A stretch of DNA of 64,000 bases, taken from the NCBI GenBank assembly GCA_965203555.1, contig CBDBCY010000004.1, forward strand, positions 2,496,001 through 2,560,000. The letters are read 5' to 3'. The position numbers and the translations under genes are program-made. The stretch's first letter is position 1. Every line of letters begins with the position of its first letter. The DNA comes from Acidimicrobiia bacterium (lineage in GTDB: Bacteria; Actinomycetota; Acidimicrobiia; Spongiisociales; ZC4RG35). This document shows positions 56,028 through 64,000 of the stretch, piece after piece. The notes beneath the pieces are model-generated. The model was not told the origin of the DNA. It was given only the letters and a program-made list of their open reading frames with translations, and made no database searches.

Positions 56028-57973
56028 CCGGAATTTGGCGGGTCGGGGGGTTTGGTGGGTGGTGATTGGTGTGTTGACCTGGGGTTTTGTGTTGTGAGGG
56101 GCCGGTTCTGTAGGGTGTTGTAGTGGCGACATTGTGTTGGTGGGATGGGGTGCGGTCTGCTAGTATTGTGGGGTATGTTCGTTAAGACGACCCGCCGTCG
56201 GAGGGGCGACAAGGTGTACGAGTACTTGTCGTTGGTGGAATCGGTACGCAAAGGAACGAAAACCGGTCACCGGACCCTTCTTCGCCTGGGAGAAGTCACC
56301 GCGTTGCGCGAAACCGGACAGTTGGGACGCATCATTTCGGCGTTGGAACGCCACCTGCACAAACAACGGGTCGATATCGACGCGTTGGCGGCCGAGCAGG
56401 CACCGGCAGTGGGAGGGGTAGCAGCCGCAGCCGCGGTGTGGGACCAACTGGGTTTGGGCGGGTTCTTCTCCGATGTGGGCGCCAAGCGCGGTGCAGGGGT
56501 TTTGGAGCATGCAGTGTTCGCGATGGTGGCCAACCGGCTGGTGGATCCTTGTTCCAAACGTCGCCTGCCCGAATGGACAACCGATGACGTGGTCATGCCA
56601 GCCGGGTGGTCGGCGCCGTCGCTTGACCAGTACTACCGTGCCCTGGACGCGGTGGCCGATGTCAAACCGGAGACCGAGGAGCATCTGTATCGACGGTTGT
56701 GCAATTTGACCAACCTCGGGCTGCGGCTGGTGTGCTATGACCTGACGTCCACCTATTTCGAAGGTTCCACCCACAAAACCGAAGCGTTCCCGTCGCGGGT
56801 GTTCGGGTACTCGCGGGATCATCGCCCGGACCGACCACAGATCGTGATCGGTCTGTTATGCACACAGGATGGGATCCCCATCGCCCATCATGTGTTCGCG
56901 GGCAACACCAACGACGCGTCCACCCTATCAGAGGTGTTGGGTGATCTGGCCAAACGGTTCGCGGTGGGCAGGATCTGTGTGGTAGCGGACCGGGGTCTCA
57001 TGTCAGGCGCCAATCTGGAAACGGTCGCCCGGGCCGGGTACGATCATCTGTTGGCCACCCGGCTACGCCGCGACCGGGTCACTGCCCAGGCGTTGGCCGC
57101 TGTCGACCGGGACACGGTATGGGTGGAGCTGTCCCAGCCCGGCAGCAGAGCGGCGGATATCGTCCTCTCAGACGGTACCCGCACTGTGGTGGTCGAGTCC
57201 GACGCTCGTGCTCGGCGGGACACACAACGCACCGCCGAGATCATCAAGACTGCCGAAACCCGGTTGTTGGCGCTGGAACGTCGTGTCCGCGCGGGTGGGG
57301 TCAAAGACCCCGCCAAGATCGGGAGAGCCGCCCAGCGAATCCTCAACACAGGTCGGGTCGCCCGGTTGTTCGATCTGGAGATCGGCCCGGGTCGTTTTGT
57401 CTACCGCTACAACGAAGACAACCATGCCTATGAAAAACTGCTGGCGGGTCGCTACGTGCTCACCACCAGTCTCACACCCGCCCAGGCCGACACCACCCAA
57501 GTCGTGGCCGCCTACCGGCAACTCCAAAAGGTCGAGAACAGGTTCCGGGTCCTCAAAGACTTCCTACGACTGCGACCGGTACGACACTGGACCGAAAAAC
57601 GGGTCCGCGGGCACGTGGCAGTCTGTGTTTACGCCGCCCTCATGGAAACGCTCATCACCCGCGCTCTCACCCAAGCCGATGTACGCGATCCCGACCTCGA
57701 CCACCAACACCTCACCGCCAACCGGGCGCTAAGGATGCTCAACCGCATCCGCCGGGTGAACCTGACCGCAAACAAGCACCACATCACGCTCACCACCCGA
57801 CGCACCCCCCTCCAAACACGGGCACTCGCCGCTATCGGAGTCGACACCCGCACCTGGGACAAAGCCACCATCACCCAACCCTAAAGGGTCCAAACCCCCC
57901 AATGTAGTGGAAACACTATCCACGCGTATGCCCCCTGACCAGGCAAAACACCAAACCACCCGCCAAATTCGGG
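56028..57973 (+). mobile_element. IS1634-family insertion sequence (1946 bp)
   Basis: TIRs ccggaatttggcgggt / acccgccaaattcggg (15 of 16 match); TCAGA duplicated at 56023-56027 and 57974-57978. Confidence 0.93.
56175..57884 (+). CDS. IS1634-family DDE transposase
   Basis: YEYLSLVES, YDLTSTYFEG, GYSRDHRPD, VADRG, VENRFR.LK..L.LRPV.H. Confidence 0.95.
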   Translation: MFVKTTRRRRGDKVYEYLSLVESVRKGTKTGHRTLLRLGEVTALRETGQLGRIISALERHLHKQRVDIDALAAEQAPAVGGVAAAAAVWDQLGLGGFFSDVGAKRGAGVLEHAVFAMVANRLVDPCSKRRLPEWTTDDVVMPAGWSAPSLDQYYRALDAVADVKPETEEHLYRRLCNLTNLGLRLVCYDLTSTYFEGSTHKTEAFPSRVFGYSRDHRPDRPQIVIGLLCTQDGIPIAHHVFAGNTNDASTLSEVLGDLAKRFAVGRICVVADRGLMSGANLETVARAGYDHLLATRLRRDRVTAQALAAVDRDTVWVELSQPGSRAADIVLSDGTRTVVVESDARARRDTQRTAEIIKTAETRLLALERRVRAGGVKDPAKIGRAAQRILNTGRVARLFDLEIGPGRFVYRYNEDNHAYEKLLAGRYVLTTSLTPAQADTTQVVAAYRQLQKVENRFRVLKDFLRLRPVRHWTEKRVRGHVAVCVYAALMETLITRALTQADVRDPDLDHQHLTANRALRMLNRIRRVNLTANKHHITLTTRRTPLQTRALAAIGVDTRTWDKATITQP

Positions 57974-58610
57974 TCAGAGGATGTCCAGATTCGACGTGGT
58001 GGTGCAAAAGGCGCAGGGCGGAAGAGGAGAAGGAGATCTGATCAGGAACCTGCGAATCCACTTGGCGTACGCCCTCATGAAAAGGTGCGATGCCATTCTC
58101 GTGATGTTGGATGCGGATGAGGACTGCCCGATGTACTTGGCTCGTCGCCTTGCCAAGGATGCTCTGAATAGTGATATTGCCGTTCCAGTGGCCGTTGTAT
58201 GTGCCAAAGCGGAATACGAGGCATGGATCATCGCCAGTTTGGCGGGCGAGCACGGAGACCGGATCGGAGATTATCTTGGCCTTGGGGGATCAATGGTGCC
58301 CCAAGTGAAGTCGAAGGTCTGCGTGATGCCAAGGGCTGGATCAGCCGGCACATGCCCAGGGACCGTGCCTACAAGCCGACTCAGGATCAAGGGAAACTGA
58401 CGCATTACATCGCTATTGACTGGGTATTCAGAGAATCAAGATCTTTCCGTCGGCTCTGCCATGCCGTGGAAGAGTTGGTCTACGCGATGGGTCAGGGAGA
58501 GATTGGTTTGGTTACGCCAAGGCCATCCTGATCCGGGGGGAAAGGCGGTTCTGCCATAATGTAGGTGGTAGGGGCGAGGACTGGATTGGCGGTAGAGAGG
58601 CTGGGCTCAA

Positions 58611-61885
<3,275 letters not shown>

Positions 61886-61888
61886 CCC

Positions 61889-64000
61889 ATGCCCCGCATC
61901 CTCGACAATCTCACTGCCGATGACGGTGACTGCCAGATGGAGGCGGCCCTATCCGACACCCTGGCCACTTCCCGTTCCCTGGATGCGGCCGTCGGTTATT
62001 TCAACCTTCGCGGCTGGAGATTGATCGCCGACCGAGTGTCCGCTCTATCCGGCGAGCTGGACAAGCCAAAAGCCCGGGTGCTGGTCGGGATGACCGAGAA
62101 TCCGAAAGACGAGATGCGCCGCCTGATGAGCACCCGGCCTCCGCCCGAGCCGGACAGCGAGACCATCGCCGGTCGGCTCGACGAAACCGTGGACGAGTTC
62201 CGCGCCCAGTTGGAGGTGGGTCTGCCCACTGCCGCTGACGAGGCGGCTCTGCGAAAGCTCCGACGTCAGATCGGTGGCGGGGAGGTGGACGTACGTCTCT
62301 ATCTGGCCAATCGTCTCCACGCCAAGCTGTATCTGGCCCATCGCGACGACGTCCCGGTCCCCAGGGTGGGCTATGTCGGATCCTCCAATCTCACCCGGGC
62401 GGGCCTGCGGGAGCAGGGGGAACTCAATGTGGACGTGACCGACATCACGTCCACTGAGAAGCTGGCTACCTGGTTCGAGGAACGGTGGAACGACCCGTTC
62501 ACTGTCCCGGTCAACCCGGAACTGGTGGAGCTTTTGGACCAGTCGTGGGCGGGGGCCGCTCCGCTCGACCCGTATCTGGTCTATCTGAAGATGGCCTACC
62601 ACCTGTCCCGGGAAGCACGGGAGGGACTGATCCGGTTCGGCCTGCCTGCTTCGATGGCGGATCAACTGCTGAAGTTCCAAGAGGCGGCGGTGAAGATCGC
62701 CGCCCGGATCGTCACCGACCGCGGCGGGGTGATGATCGGCGACGTGGTGGGTCTGGGTAAGACGATGGTGGCCACCGCCATCGCCCGCCTTCTCCAAGAG
62801 GACCACGGCTCGGAGACGCTGATCGTATGTCCGAAGAACCTGACGCCCATGTGGGAGTCCTACCGGCGGGAATACAGGCTCCACGGCGAGGTGATGTCCC
62901 TGTCGATGGTTGCCACGAAGCTAAAGCAGATGCCTCGGCACCGGTTGGTGGTGATTGACGAGTCCCACAACCTCCGCAACCCCAAGCGCCAGGACCACCA
63001 GGCGCTGCGCAGATACATATCCGACAACGACTCGAAGGTGGTGTTGCTGTCGGCCACTCCGTACAACAAGAGCCTGGAGGACCTGGACGGCCAACTCTCG
63101 CTGTTCCTCGACGATCGCGTTGATCTCAGGATTCGGCCGGAACTGGCCATCGCAGAGACGGGCGAGGACCAGTTCGCAATCGAATGCGAGGGGCGCACCA
63201 CGTCTCTGGCCGCCTTCCGGCTGTCCGAGCACGTGGAGGACTGGCAGTCGCTGATGTCCCAATTCATGGTCCGCCGCACCCGCCGGTTCATCGAGGACAA
63301 CTACGCGGAGACCGACCGGACGGGGCGGAAATACCTGACCTTCGGGGATCGCAGCCGGTTCTATTTCCCCGAGCGGGTGCCGCGTCCCATCGAGCGGGAG
63401 GTCTCCACCCACGATCCGGCCGCCGAGATGCTGTCCGACGCCACCCTCAATGCAGTGAGGTCGCTCCGGCGGCCTCGCTACGCCTGGCACCGCTACCTGA
63501 CCGGCGCGCCCCCGTTGGATGCCGCCGAAGCCAAGCTGATCGCCGACCTGAAAGCCGCCCGGGGCACCGCGGCCGGGTTCAACCGGGTGTTCATGTTCAA
63601 ACGGCTGTCCTCATCCGGCCCGGCGTTCCTCCTCACCCTGCGACGGCATCTCCTGCGTGACCGTGTGGCGCTCCACGCCGCAGAGGGCGGTCGGTCGGTT
63701 CCGGTCGGCTCGGTGGACAAGGTGATCTGGGATGACGATCTCGGTACTGAGGACGATGGCCTGTTCAACGCCTCCGATCTCGGTTTGTCCCCGGCGGAGG
63801 CCTACCGGAGGCTGACCTCGAATCCTCCCAGAAATCTGCGATGGCTCCGCGCCGGGCATCTCAACGCCGAATTCCGCGAGCACCTCTCCCATGACATCGA
63901 GATCATTGAGGGAATGCTCGGCCGGTTCGGACGATGGGAGCAGTCCGCCGACGGCAAGATCGCCACCCTGGCCGACCTCGTCCTGGACCGGCACGCCGGA
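61889..64000 (+). CDS. PLD-nuclease plus SNF2-family helicase (restriction-like subunit; runs off the window)
   Basis: Absent from the ORF track because it is open-ended. Manual translation from ATG 61889: MPRILDN..AVGYFNLRGW, LHAKLYL..GYVGSSNLT..GELN (PLD), DVVGLGKT, IDESHNLRN, LLSATPYN. Confidence 0.9.
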   Translation, partial: MPRILDNLTADDGDCQMEAALSDTLATSRSLDAAVGYFNLRGWRLIADRVSALSGELDKPKARVLVGMTENPKDEMRRLMSTRPPPEPDSETIAGRLDETVDEFRAQLEVGLPTAADEAALRKLRRQIGGGEVDVRLYLANRLHAKLYLAHRDDVPVPRVGYVGSSNLTRAGLREQGELNVDVTDITSTEKLATWFEERWNDPFTVPVNPELVELLDQSWAGAAPLDPYLVYLKMAYHLSREAREGLIRFGLPASMADQLLKFQEAAVKIAARIVTDRGGVMIGDVVGLGKTMVATAIARLLQEDHGSETLIVCPKNLTPMWESYRREYRLHGEVMSLSMVATKLKQMPRHRLVVIDESHNLRNPKRQDHQALRRYISDNDSKVVLLSATPYNKSLEDLDGQLSLFLDDRVDLRIRPELAIAETGEDQFAIECEGRTTSLAAFRLSEHVEDWQSLMSQFMVRRTRRFIEDNYAETDRTGRKYLTFGDRSRFYFPERVPRPIEREVSTHDPAAEMLSDATLNAVRSLRRPRYAWHRYLTGAPPLDAAEAKLIADLKAARGTAAGFNRVFMFKRLSSSGPAFLLTLRRHLLRDRVALHAAEGGRSVPVGSVDKVIWDDDLGTEDDGLFNASDLGLSPAEAYRRLTSNPPRNLRWLRAGHLNAEFREHLSHDIEIIEGMLGRFGRWEQSADGKIATLADLVLDRHAG

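Larger units (their letters stand above)
55937..58531 (+). pseudogene. DUF4276-like protein interrupted by IS1634 and by a 1-bp frameshift
   Basis: MAETSTIIPIVEGKGE...RILHQ|IS|RMSRFD...LDADEDCP...EYEAW, then a frameshift near 58300 into EGLRDAKGW...YKPTQDQ...SRSFRRL. Confidence 0.8.

Overview
High-GC actinobacterial chromosome segment, probably Acidimicrobiia (inferred from F420 genes, an SLH/cadherin surface protein, many leaderless starts and gene content). From left to right it holds: (1) a catabolic cluster of Mcd-like acyl-CoA dehydrogenase, cupin, TPP enzyme, PNPOx-fold protein and 2,6-dihydroxypyridine-monooxygenase-like flavoprotein, divergent from a mesaconyl-CoA C1-C4 transferase (Mct); (2) purH-folD; (3) the moeZ-mec-cysO-cysM sulfur relay; (4) a second dprA preceded by a recQ stub, chrA and a vapBC pair; (5) hpnCDE squalene genes; (6) the core trmD-rplS-lepB...yraN-comM-dprA-xerC-rpsB-tsf-pyrH-frr-cdsA-rseP-ispG block, with an inserted S41 protease-cadherin-SLH gene; (7) cofG plus a cofH carrying an eroded CofG-like N-terminus; (8) a second vapBC pair, an orphan DNA MTase, a DUF222-HNH gene, 8-oxoguanine deaminase, an MMPL transporter, pyrB, a lone E2, aceB and maeB; (9) from about 54.7 kb a defence island. 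The island has an AAA ATPase plus a DUF4276-like gene interrupted by a complete IS1634 (16-bp TIRs, TCAGA duplication). It also has a large adenine MTase split by an out-of-frame (CT)16 microsatellite, a candidate phase-variable switch, coupled to a PLD-nuclease/SNF2 helicase. All calls come from reading the sequence and recalling family motifs; no searches were run.
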